From: Eledone cirrhosa
Taxonomy: Eukaryota
DNA: 64,000 nucleotides
Assembly (NCBI GenBank): GCA_964016885.1
Contig: OZ024743.1
Span: 185,752,001 to 185,816,000 of the forward strand
Reading direction: 5' to 3'
Shown here: piece after piece, positions 25,527 through 39,416 of the stretch
How positions within the stretch are numbered: position 1 is the first letter of the stretch
Layout of the letters: each line of letters starts with the position of its first letter
Notes under the pieces: generated by a model
What the model was told of the DNA's origin: nothing
What the model saw: the letters and a program-made list of their open reading frames with translations, nothing else
The model's database searches: none
Translations under genes and position numbers: made by a program

Positions 25527-26056
25527 CACACTTCCTATTTAACAGGAAATATGATACATATGACTTAATATTCAGTCACCAAATTTGAGTTAGATACAGT
25601 AATGCTGTATTTGATTCTTTGAAGTCACCTGTTATAATTTCATTCAATAACACCACCAGCTCTCTCTCTCTCTTCCATTTTCCTTCTCTCTCTCCTCTTT
25701 CTCTCTCTATGTCTCTCTATGTCTCTCTATGTCTCTCTATGTCTCTCTATGTCTCTCTATGTCTCTCTATGTCTCTCTATGTCTCTCTATGTCTCTCTAT
25801 GTCTCTCTATGTCTCTCTATGTCTCTCTATGTCTCTCACAACCACTATCTCTTTCTCTCTTGTTATGAAGGTACCTGGAAAAACCCCATATCTCAGGAAG
25901 CTGTGCTCCAATTTAAGCAAAACTTGTTTTATCCCATTAGTATTCCCATTTAAGGGGTAACTTCCTTTAAAATAAAGTATTTTCCCATTATGTGCTGTTT
26001 TGGCTGTATTAAATTACAGTCAAGCACACAATCACAGCGTTTTAGTTGTATATAGA
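25263..26056 (-). mobile_element. Non-autonomous Helitron-like element carrying (TA)n and (GTCTCTCTAT)n repeats
   Basis: Minus strand starts TCTATATACAAC and ends with hairpin GTGACCC-aat-GGGTCAC shortly before CTAG|T. Confidence 0.65.
25700..25837. repeat. (GTCTCTCTAT)n decamer tandem repeat, ~13 copies
   Basis: Directly visible. Confidence 0.95.
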
Positions 26057-26819
26057 TAGCAAGGGAAAAGCCGCCACTGCTTTGTTAGAATTTTTGACAA
26101 AAGTCTTTAATTCTGCATTATCCTTATTCTACTTTTCTGTTTTGAGCAGAATAACTTTTCTATGGCTCACAACTGGCAATCTTCTAAGCGGAGTAGCAGT
26201 TGCAGTTCATACAGGACCAAGATAGGCTAAGGTATGTTTGTCATGTATGAATAAAGTTTATAGAGCATATCTCAGTATGTAGCTGAGAGATCAGGGAGCT
26301 ACTCCAAGTAGAGCTGCTCCATCTCCACATTGAAAGATCACAGCTCCAGTACTAAGGACATGTGGTTAGAATGTCAAAAGAAAGAATCACAGGACAGATT
26401 TTATGGGCAAAGTCAACTGGCAAGAGACCTAGATGTAGATCATGAGCAAGATGATAGTATAACATCTAGTAGGGATCCAGCTTCATCATTTGTAGATAGT
26501 TGCTTTTGATAGGACCCTTTCGATGTTCTGTCTGAGATCTCTGCCCCAACAACCCTTCTAGGAAGAAAAAGAAGAAAAAGAGGAGGAGCCTAATAGCCAG
26601 TCTTCCAAATTCACAGCCCCAGTAGTTCCTGTATTGCTGCAGACACTGTGGTAAACCATTTAAAAAAAAACAACAAAATGTCCACTTTAATGTTTGCAAG
26701 CACCATTCCACCCATTCTCTCAATACATTTATCAATAGACATAAATTGAATACGTAATTGCTGTGAGATTATTGTACAGAAAAATGGATTAAATAATAGT
26801 ATAAAAACATAATACTTAC

Positions 26820-26933
26820 TGAACTTCCTGTATGAGCAACTGCATATTGGGCCCTTGCCACCTTGTTTCCCTCCTTAGCAACAGCAAATGCTCGAGCAAT
26901 ATGGGAACAGAATTCAACAGATATTCCAATAGC
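26820..26933 (-). CDS. NPC1: NPC1 exon (114 bp)
   Basis: [38 protein letters not shown]; AG/GT boundaries, phase 0. Confidence 0.96.
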
Positions 26934-27604
26934 CTGTAATAATAAATTGTGTAGTAAGAAACTGAAACCACAATGGTTCCTAAAGTTAGTGCTTAGTTCT
27001 GGATATGCTAGCATTGACTATCAACTTGATTTGCTGACGACCCTTTCTAGCAGGAAAAACTGATGATGATGATGTTTGGATAATAGATGTATCTATCCTG
27101 CTCTCGATTTTCTAGCATTGAATCGATTGGAGATATATCTCTCCTGTTGCAGGTGACATTCTCAGATAATCTATTATCTATTCAGACAGTTGAAGTACTG
27201 GCAAAGGTTGGATGGGAACTGCCTTTGGTTATATGAAACAAAACCACCCATTTGAAACGGTTCCTATTTAAATTAAAATCTTCCAACACAATTTTATAAA
27301 AGAGCCATATGTGAAGTTACTATCTTAGTAATAAATTATTAAATAATTTTGGTAAATCTCTGAAAATTCTTCATTAATTAATTGAAATAGAGAGCATTTT
27401 ATTAGAAATAGTCATGAAAGGGCTAACAAATGTAATATTTTGTTTGTTCCAGTATCACATGAATTTAGAAACAAGGTTTTAAGCAAAACAGTTAACTACG
27501 AGATAATTAATTCTATTATTATTATTCATCAGATAATTCTGTTTCTGTGAGAAAAAACAAATGTCAGAGTAGAAAATAACTTTCTGATTTTGATTTCTGA
27601 GTCA

Positions 27605-30158
27605 TACAGTATAGAGGAACAGTGGGAATTCCTGAAAGCTAATCTGCTAAAGGCGGCAGATGATGTCTGTGGCTGGAGCAGGCCTATAGGCAGGAGGAGA
27701 GTAACGTGGTGGTGGAACAGTGAGGTGGAGGAGTCAATTAAGGCCAAAAAGCAGTCTTAGAAAGTATAGTGGGATGGGGGAAGTAGAGAAGACTATCAAG
27801 TGGCCAGGAGGGAAGCTAGGAGACAAGTGTACTTCGCAAGAAGGGAAGCAGAGGAAAGAAAGTTCAAGCATGTTCTACAACGCGAGGACCAAAAACGTGA
27901 GGTGTTCAGGATTGCTAGGCAATGTGTCAAGGAAAACCGTGATATTGTCGGGGAGAAGTGTGTCCTTAATGATAATGGTGTACTTGCCATCACTGATACT
28001 GATAAGAAGGTAGCTTGGAAGTGTCACTACGAAAGGCTACTAAATGAGGAGAATAAATGGGAGAAAGACAGTCTCCCCCACATCGATCCAATAGAAGGAC
28101 CAGCAGTGCTAGTTGAAGGTAGTATAATAAATAAGGCAATCAAAGATATGAAGACGGATAAGGCGGCTGGGCCTTCGGAAATAGTTGCTGATATGCTGAA
28201 AAATCTGGAACGGTGGGACACACTATGGTCACCCAGATAGTAAACCAAGTCATACAGAATGGGGTCGTTCCGAACGACTGGCGTAGCAGCATCATCATTA
28301 ACTGCTACAAGGGTAAAGGAGATGCCCTAGATTGGGGTAACTATAGAGGCATTAAATTAATCGACCAGGTCATGAAGGTCACAAGGTCATGAAGGTCACA
28401 GAAAAAGTAATAGCTCAACTAATCAGAGAGCGAATTGATCTAGGTGAAATGCAGTTTGGGTTTGTGTCAGGTAAAAGTACCACAGACGCTCTTTTCATTG
28501 TACGACAACTACAGGAGAAGTACCTAGCTAAAAGTAAACCCCTATACCTAGCTTTTGTTGACTTGAAGAAAGCCTTTGACAGAGTCCCCCACTCCATTAT
28601 CTAGTGGGCTCTTAGAAAACTAGGTGTTGATGAATGGCTTGTGAGAGCTATACAAGCCATGTGTAAAGAAACAGTCAGCAAGGTTAGATTAACAACGAAT
28701 ATAGTGAAGAGTTTAGTGTAAAGGTTGGTGTTCATCAGGACTCCGTCCTTAGCCTCCTCCTATTTATTATTGCCCTTCAGGCTATAACAGAGGAGTTTAA
28801 GACTGGCTGCCCATGGGAACTCCTATACGCAGATGATCTAACGCTCATAGCTGAATCAATGGCCGAACTAGAAAAGAAATTCCAAATATGGAAGCATGGC
28901 CTAGAATCAAAAGGCCTTAAAATTAACCTGTCTAAGACTAAAGTTCTAGTTTGTAGGAAGGAAAATAGGGCACCAGTCCTATCTGGGAAATGGCCATGCT
29001 CAGTGTGTAGGAAAGGAGTAGGCAGAAACTCCATTTTATGTCCCAAATGCAAAGTATGGGTGCATAAAAGATGTAGTGGGATCACAGGTAAGCTAACTAA
29101 GAATATAGATTTTATATGTGGCCAGTGCTCTGGTGCAATAAGTAGCAGCAAGTACCCACAGAATACTAGCTCATTCCATTGCACAGATGGTTCTATAGAA
29201 ATAGTAGACACCTTCCATTACCTGGGTGACAAAATCAGCAGTGGTGGAGGGTGCTCCGAAAGTACAGTAGCTAGAGTCAGAACGGGATGGAAAAAGTTCA
29301 GAGAGCTTATACCACTATTGGCCGTTAAAGGGTTCTCACTAAAAATGAAAGGCAGGCTGTATGATGCCTGCATACGAACAGCAATGTTGCATTGCAGTGA
29401 GACCTGGGCATTGTGTGCAGAGGATATACACAGACTGGAGAGGAACGAAGCTTGCATGCTCCGCTGGATGTGTAATAGTAATATACGTGAATGGCAAAGC
29501 ATAAACGAACTAAGGGAGAAATTAGGAATAAGAGGGATCAGATGCTGTTTACTCGAGAGAAGACTATGTTGGTACGGTCATGTGATGCGCATGAAAGATG
29601 ACAGCTGTATAAAAAAGTGCAGGGCGATAAAAATAGATGGTAGCCACGGAGTAGGCAGACCCAGAAAAACCTGGGACGACTTGCTAAACTCCGACCTCAC
29701 ACACTTACACCTCTCCAAGACAATGTCACTCGACTGAGATCTTTGGCGATACACAGTAATACAGAAGACTCGCCTTGCCTAAGTACAAAGCGAAACCTAC
29801 AGTTAGTAGGCACCTCTAACAAAAATACACCCCGGCCCCACCCCATCCACACCACCCCTTCCAATGTAAAGTTATGTTGGTACCACAGCATCCAGTCCGA
29901 AACAAATGAGGGCGTGTAGGTGTCACGACAAAAAATACACAGTCCACGCTGTAATGTGGCCGTGTAGGTAACACGGTAAAAACCTCCCAGTCCACACTGT
30001 AAACGTGGTTGGTGTTAGGAAGGGCATCCAGCCGTAGAAAACCCGCCAAACAGTTCTATACGAGCAAGACAACCAATCTTGCCTCAAGTGGGAAAATTCC
30101 CGTCCAAACCCATGCTAGCGTGGAAGATGGACGTTAAACGATGATGATGATGATGATG
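27605..30158 (+). mobile_element. 5'-truncated, disrupted RTE LINE with 3' UTR and (GAT)n tail
   Basis: RT motifs QFGF..STTDALF, AFVDLKKAFDRVP, LLYADD; PHD-like Cys cluster; stops, frameshifts and a 17-bp duplication near 28370-28400. Confidence 0.92.
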
Positions 30159-30538
30159 TTTCAAGTCCCATTTTCTTTCTGATGTAATTTCTATGCCTGA
30201 TTACAAATCATCTTCATCATCATTTATATGAGTTAAGATGTGTCCTCTCCAATACAGCATCCTTTCATTTGTCTATCATTTTGTCTCCTTTCTGAGGTTC
30301 AGCATCCTGAGATCAGCTCTCACCATTTCTGCTCATGTACTTAGGGTTATCTATTATATTGATAAGTTAGTGAAACTCCTTAGAATTTATGAAAATCTGA
30401 CCCTTTAACAGCTCATTAAAGAAAAGCAGTGGAAGTCAACCAAGGAGGGGTTCCTCCAACAGGTGTGAGAAGACCCTGGATTAATGGATTAGATTGAATT
30501 GAATTAGGTAAATATTAGGAAGAATGTATTGAACTTAC

Positions 30539-30770
30539 CATAACAAGGTTAACAAGTGAGAGAGCGTTGAGTTGTATATCCCAAAGATACATCATCCCCA
30601 ACATATCAACCAATATCATAAGAATAGTAAAAACTACTAGGAATCCAGAATGGATATCAAATCCCATGAGAATTACAGTCATAATAAAGATAGCTGCAGA
30701 ACACATTCCAATGTTGAAAATCGAGTCCTTCACAATGCTCAGGTATTGTTCATAGAATACATAGAACACA
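30539..30770 (-). CDS. NPC1: NPC1 exon (232 bp)
   Basis: SVFYVFYEQYLSIVKDSIFNIG...MMYLWDIQLNALSLVNLVM; AG/GT boundaries. Confidence 0.96.
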
Positions 30771-31117
30771 CTGGAAATAAAATGAAATGTTTTTGGTAAA
30801 CACAAATTTAACGACAACAACAATTCTTTCTAGAATTGGCACAAGGCCAGTAAATTGGAAGAAGGGAGAAAGTCAATAATATCAACCCATGTACCTTATT
30901 TTAATGACCTAGGAAGGATTAAAGGTAAAGCTTACTCTGACAGGATTTGAACCCAGAAAATAAAGAACCAGAAGAAATGTTACAAAACACTTTTTGTGAT
31001 GCTCTACTGATTCTGATGATTTCTATGTGCCATAAGAACAATAATTTCTAAAATTGGCACAAAGCCACAAATTTGGAAAGAGGTATAAAATTGGTCTGAT
31101 TGATTACTATAGTGTCA

Positions 31118-31597
31118 TGACTGGTACACTGAGTAATAACAGCTGATGGTTTAGATGTAAAGAATATAATTGAGTAATAATAGCTGATGGTTTAGATGTA
31201 GAGTATGTAATATGACTGGTAGATTTAGTAATAATAGCTGATGGTTTAGATATAGAGTGTGTAATATGACTGGTAGATTTAGTAATAATAGCTGATGGTT
31301 TAGATATAGAGTGTGTAATATGACTGGTAGATTTAGTAATAGTAACTGATGGTTTAGATGTAGAGTGTAATATGACTGGTAGATTTAGTAATAGTAGCTG
31401 ATGGTTTAGATGTAAAGACTGTAATTGAGTAATAATAGCTGATGGTTTAGATGTGGAGAGTGTAATATGACTGGTATATTGGGTAATAATAGCTGATGGT
31501 TTAGATGTGGAGAGTGTAATATGACAAGTAGATTTAGTAATAATAACTGATGGTTTAGATGTAAAGTGTGTAATATGACAGGTAGATTTAGTAATAA
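31118..31597. repeat. 54-bp minisatellite (AGTAATAATAGCTGATGGTTTAGATGTA.AGTGTGTAATATGACTGGTAGATTT)
   Basis: About 9 full or partial units; resumes at 32196-32236 after a Helitron insertion. Confidence 0.92.
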
Positions 31598-31841
31598 TTA
31601 GCAGAATGGCCCGGCGTTGCTCGGGATTTGCTCTAGGGTTCTTATATATTTGATATATACTTATCCTTATCGAGCCTCGTGAAATAAATACTTTTGTTTA
31701 TATTTTGTTATTGTGTATGCAAAAATATCTGTACACGAATATTAACAGATTAAAGTTTAAACAAAGACGGGATCTTCTGAAACTAAAAAAAAAAATCAAT
31801 CTGTGAACGCAGAAGTAAATATTTTGAAAAATGTTACACAC

Positions 31842-31883
<42 letters not shown>

Positions 31884-32195
31884 ATATAGATATATACACA
31901 CAGCGTCATAATGTCGTAATGCAGACAGCCAGACATACAGACAGATATTATAAGGGCGCAACGTTATATCTATGTATCTATCTAAAAAGAAAGACTAAGA
32001 ATTATAGAGAGAGAGATCGCTAAATCGCCTAATGTGGTCCCTAGGGCATTAAAAATCTGAAATTTTTTCCCCCAAAAAACACTCACAGGACCATAAGTAT
32101 TACATGTGTAAAATTTGAAAACAATCGGTTGGGTGGTTCTCGAGTTTTAGGGAGCTGACAGACAGACAGACATTCTCTGTTTTAGATATATAGAT
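31598..32195 (-). mobile_element. Non-autonomous Helitron-like element inserted in the 54-bp array
   Basis: Minus strand starts TCTATATATCTAAAACAGAG and ends CCCGAGCAACGCCGGGCCATTCTGCTAA; the array continues on both sides. Confidence 0.75.
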
Positions 32196-32649
32196 AACTA
32201 ATGGTTTAGATGTGGAGTGTGTAATATGACTGGTATATGAGAGTGTAAGCCACTTTATCTTAGATTGTAATTTTACACAAATTAACATCTGGTAATAATT
32301 AAAAAAGACTGGATGGTCACAACTAGACCTTTGGTCTACACACTTAAGGCAGATCTAGAAAGAAATAACACTACCTCCACTACAAAACAACCCCCCCACC
32401 TCCATCCTTTAATTGATATGCTGTCAAATAATTTGATTATAATTTGTATCTAATCCATTTTACTACTTTCTTACATTTGTTGTTTATTGCTTGTTGATAT
32501 TGTTTTTATTTTGTGGTTTCTTTTGTCTTAAAAAAAATCTTACATGTCCTAATTTGTTATAATAATAATTGTTTCTACTTTAGGCACAAGGCCAGCAATT
32601 ACCCAGTACATTACTGGTACTTTATTTTATCGACCCCATAAGGATGATA

Positions 32650-33156
32650 ATAATAATAAACTTTAACATCCAAACAGACCGAAAAATAGATGCAAATAGA
32701 CCTGATATAATACTGAAGGACTTTAAAAAGAGGGTATGCCTGCTAATTGATATGTCCGTTCCAATAGACAAGAATGTCTCTATAAAAACATTTGAGAAAT
32801 TTAGTAAGTATAAAGACCTGGAGATAGAGATTGGAAAAATGTGGAAATTGAGAACTAAGACAATACCAGTGGTTGTAGGCACTCTAGGAATGATACCTAA
32901 GAGGTCTAATGATTACTTATCCCAAATCCCAAGAAACCTGCGTATAGAAGAAACACAAAAGATAGTACTAATGGGAACTGCCCATATACTAAGGAAGATT
33001 CTGTCAATATAAGTACATCGCAAGTCTAAACACCTAAAGATGCATGTGTGTGTATGTATGTTCTTTCTTGAACATGGCGAACCTTGTTGTCTCTCGAGGT
33101 CACTGGTTGTGATAACTCGTATGAACATAAAGCAAGATAAATGAAATAATAATAAT
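32650..33156 (+). mobile_element. 3' end of an R4/Dong-like LINE (PD-(D/E)xK endonuclease) with a (TAA)n tail
   Basis: ANRPDIILKD..CLLIDMSVP.D.N..EK.SKYKDLEIEI.KMW..IPVVVGTLG; flanked by (TAA)n on both sides. Confidence 0.85.
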
Positions 33157-33760
33157 GTTCATGATAATAAAAACAATATATCAGTCTATTATTTCATTAA
33201 AAACAAAAACACTATACAACTAAGATTTGATAAGTGTGTATAATCAAATGTTTAATTTGTTTTTAATCACCCAGTACATTCTGTAAAGTGGTTGACAATA
33301 GAAATGGCATCAAGCCATAGAAAACCTACCAAACAAAGGGTTGGGAGGACTCTTCAGCTATGCCAAAGACATGACTACTTCCTTAGTGTTGGTGCCATGT
33401 TAAAATGCACCTAGTAGAGTGTGGGTTTGTATGTCGGGCCCTTAGCCCAACTGGAGGTCAGAAGCTCCGTTTGAGTACTGACCAGTCTGTAAGAACAGAT
33501 TCGACCATTGCTAGCAGGGAAAACGGTGGTATGATAATGATGATGACAATCTAAGGAGAGGCAATGCCTATAGCTCTTTTAAACTCTCAAAATTAAGGGC
33601 AAGGTTGGTTAGGTAGATACAGATGAAGTTCAATTTAAATTGCTGTAAATAAGTTGTTGACAAGGAAATCATAGAAAAATATCTCAATATCTGATAGAAA
33701 TATTCAAATGAAAAGAAAAAAAATGTCATCCTTTATTCCTCACATTAAAATTGAACTTAC

Positions 33761-33899
33761 CTGTAAGGGTAAACTTTGTACTTTCCTTCAGAATTCAATG
33801 AGCTTGTGATATTTTCAGCAATTATTCGTGCATGTTTATAAGCCTCGATATAATCACTGGAATTCTTCAACACAGTATGATAAGACATAAAGTAAGAAG
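33761..33899 (-). CDS. NPC1: NPC1 exon (139 bp)
   Basis: SSYFMSYHTVLKNSSDYIEAYKHARIIAENITSSLNSEGKYKVYPYS; AG/GT boundaries, phases 1 and 2. Confidence 0.95.
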
Positions 33900-34816
33900 C
33901 TGAAAAATATTTAAAAACAAATTATATTTTAAAAGGTGAAATATAAAAGGAAATAAATGTAAGAAGGTTTATGAGAATGAGTGCTATGAAATCCCAGTGG
34001 AAGGAAGCTGTAGTAGAGGTAGAGAAGAATCTGTCCAACCCATGCAAGCGTGGAAAAATTAATGTAAAAATGATGATGATGATTTGAATCAATTTCAAAT
34101 ATTGGTTAACTCTTTAAAAGAGATAACAAAATATACACTCCTGCTAGATGAAGAATAAGAATTAAGAAGTAAACAACTAAATATATTAACTCACCCCACA
34201 TTATGCTTCCCCCTCATACATCCCCAATTCACCTTCCTTGTCGAACCCATGTCAGCATGGAAGAAACTAGTCCCACCCACATTCCTGTTCCAACCTATGC
34301 CAGCATGGAAACCTCACAATATACCACCAGACACAACTCAATATTTCCTCTCCCAAGATTGTGTGACCTCTCTCCCCACCAATTCCTTCAATGCCTCCCC
34401 AGTGTTGGTTCCTCAATAAAAAAAAGCATCCTGTCCACCCTGTAAAGTGGTAGTGTCAGAGTTATGATAAAATGCACCCAGTACAAGCTGACATTAAGGA
34501 GGGCTTCCAGCCATAAAAACCAAGCCCCAAAAAAGAGTGTACAATCAAGAAGTGGTCACTCAACCTGTCTGGTCTCAGTATGCAAGCATGGAAAATTAAT
34601 GTTAAATGGTTATGATGATAGTGATGGTTTCCTTTATTACGCCCATTAATTTGTTCATCACAATGCTAGAGTTAAGAAATCCGAAATGATTTAAAAGCAA
34701 CTATTATACCCAAGTAAATTTGAAGCATTTGTCCAGAAAGGTATAAAATGATTTCAGATATTGTCCTGTTTCTTCCTGCACCTCAGACTAATGGAAACGA
34801 AAATACTACAATATCA

Positions 34817-35101
34817 CAATAATAATAGCTGATGGTTTAGATGTAAAGTCTGTAATATGACTGGTATACTGAGTAATAGTAGCTGATGGTTTAGATGTAA
34901 AGTGTGTAATATGACTGGTATACTGAGTAATAGTAGCTGATGGTTTAGATGTAAAGTGTGTAATATGACTGGTATACTGAGTAATAGTAGCTGATGGTTT
35001 AGATGAAGCGTGTGTAATATGACAGGTAGATTTAGTAATAATAGCTGATGGTTTAGATGTAAAGTGTGTAATATGACTAGTATATTATATATGGTTTAGA
35101 T
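34817..35101. repeat. Second array of the same 54-bp minisatellite (~5 units)
   Basis: Same unit as 31118-31597. Confidence 0.92.
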
Positions 35102-35127
35102 TAAAGGTTCTCAACAGGGGGGGGGGC

Positions 35128-35570
35128 ATTGTTTCCTCCCGTTGCATTGTATTTTCTACACCATCTTTATTTAGTCTGTTTATATATTTATTTATTTGTT
35201 TATTTATTATTTATTTTTTTGTCTTGTTTGCGCGTGTGTATAGTGTTTTGTTTGATGTGTGTTCGTGATTCGGTGACTGTGTATTAGTTAATGTATTTTA
35301 TCTTTACTAAATAAATAAATAGATAAATAAATAAATAAATAAAGACATACACAAGCACAATAACAACAAACACATAAACACACACTAGTAAAGATAGAAT
35401 ACATTAACCAATACACAGTCACCCAATCACGAACACACATCAAACAAAACACTATACACACACGCAAACGCATGCGCAAAGAAGGCAAAATAAAATAAAC
35501 AAATAAATAAATATATAAACAGACTAAATAAAGATGGCGTAGAAAATACAATGCAACGGGAGGAAACAAT
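35128..35570. repeat. Long inverted repeat (~180-bp arms, ~75-bp spacer)
   Basis: 35128-35309 is the reverse complement of 35386-35570 with scattered mismatches. Confidence 0.9.
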
Positions 35571-35818
35571 AGCACCACTGACGATGTTGCAGATGTGCAA
35601 CGAAAGAACTTTGATAAACTATATATATGTGTTTGTGTCTATATTGTATCTGTATTTTTGATCGTTGGTCAGTCAATGGCAACATTGAGGACCGAATAAG
35701 TTAGATTACCGATATAAAAGACACAGAAGCGAAAAGCGAAAAACCAACCAAACAGTGAGTGTGTTCTGTTATTAATTCTGGCAATATTACACAAATATGA
35801 CCCTCCCCAAGTATAACA

Positions 35819-35855
<37 letters not shown>

Positions 35856-35860
35856 AAATC

Positions 35861-35954
<94 letters not shown>

Positions 35955-35955
35955 C

Positions 35956-36019
<64 letters not shown>

Positions 36020-36020
36020 C

Positions 36021-36058
<38 letters not shown>

Positions 36059-36059
36059 C

Positions 36060-36103
<44 letters not shown>

Positions 36104-36104
36104 C

Positions 36105-36152
<48 letters not shown>

Positions 36153-36195
36153 CTACATACACATATATATATATATATATATATAAAATCTACAT

Positions 36196-36227
<32 letters not shown>

Positions 36228-36262
36228 ATCTACATACATATATATATATATATTTATAAATC

Positions 36263-36294
<32 letters not shown>

Positions 36295-36391
36295 AAATCT
36301 ACATACATACATATATATATATATTTATATATATATATAAAATCTACATACATACATATATATATATATTTATATATATATATATAAAATC

Positions 36392-36425
<34 letters not shown>

Positions 36426-36429
36426 AATC

Positions 36430-36469
<40 letters not shown>

Positions 36470-36515
36470 CTACATACATACATATATATATATATTTATA
36501 TATATATATAAAATC

Positions 36516-36557
<42 letters not shown>

Positions 36558-36609
36558 CATATATATATATATATATAAATCTACATACATATATATATAT
36601 ATATAAATC

Positions 36610-36654
<45 letters not shown>

Positions 36655-36671
36655 ACATACATATATATATC

Positions 36672-36720
<49 letters not shown>

Positions 36721-36721
36721 C

Positions 36722-36768
<47 letters not shown>

Positions 36769-36816
36769 CTACATACATATATATATATATATAAATCTAC
36801 ATACATATATATATAT

Positions 36817-37285
36817 AACTTTGAATAACTTTGAAATGTTTTGGCCAGTATTGGCCCAGGCCATGTCTAACTTAATAGCACCACCTGGCGAAGTCTTTAT
36901 ATTCAGGATTTGGGCACCATGGCCCATTCGAGAAGAGAATTACTGTTTGCGGAGACATATCCGGGTGTGGGTGGTTTGTCCGGGATTACCTGGAGGAATT
37001 TGTCCAAAGGCTTCTTGAATTTTGTGTGGTCAGTTTCTGTTTTGACGTGTCCTGGTGTGATGTTGAAGAGAGCAGGGCCGATTGAGGTGAAATAATTGTG
37101 CCGTATTGTTGTTATGAGTTGCGATTTAGATTTTTGAATGGGACGGATAGCACGGGGCCCAAGCCTTGGGTGTATCTTGAAGGCGATGCCAACATCATTT
37201 GGGCAGTGATGATGGAACATTTTCCACATCATGCAAATAATATAACGCTCACGGCGACGTTGGAGTGAGTAAAGTTTCAGGTTTT
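36817..37285 (-). mobile_element. 5'-truncated copy of the LINE at 40269-44940
   Basis: Nearly identical to 40280-40748 with scattered substitutions; same TTCAAAGTTA tail (2 units). Confidence 0.95.
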
Positions 37286-37298
37286 TTATATATAAATC

Positions 37299-37330
<32 letters not shown>

Positions 37331-37860
37331 AATCTACATACATATATATATAAATCTACATACATATATATATATATATAAATCTACATACATATATATA
37401 TATATATAAATCTACATACATATATATATATATAAATCTACATACATATATATATATATAAATCTACATACATATATATATAAATCTACATACATATATA
37501 TATATAAATCTACATACATATATATATATAAATCTACATACATATATATATATAAATCTACATACATATATATATATAAATCTACATACATATATATATA
37601 AATCTACATACATATATATATAAATCTACATACATATATATATAAATCTACATACATATATATATAAATCTACATACATATATATATATATATAAATCTA
37701 CATATATATATATAAATCTACATATATATATATAAATCTACATATATATATATATAAATCTACATACATATATATATAAATCTACATACATATATATATA
37801 AATCTACATACATATATATATAAATCTACATACATATATATAAATCTACATACATATATC

Positions 37861-37913
<53 letters not shown>

Positions 37914-37940
37914 CTACATACATATATATATATATAAATC

Positions 37941-37974
<34 letters not shown>

Positions 37975-38998
37975 AATCTACATACATACATATATATATA
38001 TATAAATCTACATACATATATATATATATATATAAATCTACATACATATATATATATATATATATAAATCTACATACATATATATATATATATATAAATC
38101 TACATACATATATATATATAAATCTACATACATATATATATATAAATCTACATACATATATATATATAAATCTACATACATATATATATATAAATCTACA
38201 TACATATATATATATAAATCTACATACATATATATATATAAATCTACATACATATATATAAATCTACATACATATATATAAATCTACATACATATATATA
38301 TATATATAAATCTACATACATATATATATAAATCTACATACATATATATATAAATCTACATACATATATATATAAATCTACATACATATATATATAAATC
38401 TACATACATATATATATAAATCTACATACATATATATATAAATCTACATACATATATATATAAATCTACATACATATATATATAAATCTACATACATATA
38501 TATATAAATCTACATACATATATATATAAATCTACATACATATATATATAAATCTACATACATATATATATAAATCTACATACATATATATATAAATCTA
38601 CATACATATATATATAAATCTACATACATATATATATAAATCTACATACATATATATATAAATCTACATACATATATATATATAAATCTACATACACATA
38701 TATATATAAATCTACATACATATATATATAAATCTACATACATATATATATAAATCTACATACATACATACATACATACATATATAAATATGCATATATA
38801 TAAATCTACATACATTCACTTTTCTCCAATTTCTCACTCACTTCCTACCTCGAGATTTCCCATCTGCATTGTTGTGGCTTTCTAAACTACATATATATAT
38901 ATATATAAATCTACATAATATATATATATATAAATCTACATACATATATATATATATATATATATAAATCTACATACATATATATATATATATAAATC

Positions 38999-39033
<35 letters not shown>

Positions 39034-39068
39034 CTACATATATATATATATATATATATATATAAATC

Positions 39069-39111
<43 letters not shown>

Positions 39112-39114
39112 CTC

Positions 39115-39151
<37 letters not shown>

Positions 39152-39238
39152 CTCTACATACATATATATATATATATAACTCTACATACATATATATATA
39201 TATATAAATCTACATACATATATATATATATATAAATC

Positions 39239-39270
<32 letters not shown>

Positions 39271-39274
39271 AATC

Positions 39275-39306
<32 letters not shown>

Positions 39307-39310
39307 AATC

Positions 39311-39342
<32 letters not shown>

Positions 39343-39346
39343 AATC

Positions 39347-39378
<32 letters not shown>

Positions 39379-39382
39379 AATC

Positions 39383-39416
<34 letters not shown>

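Noticed and set aside
38816-38890. Unique island in the satellite as a possible NPC1 micro-exon
   Set aside because: No NPC1 similarity in any frame, and the NPC1 frame is complete without it.
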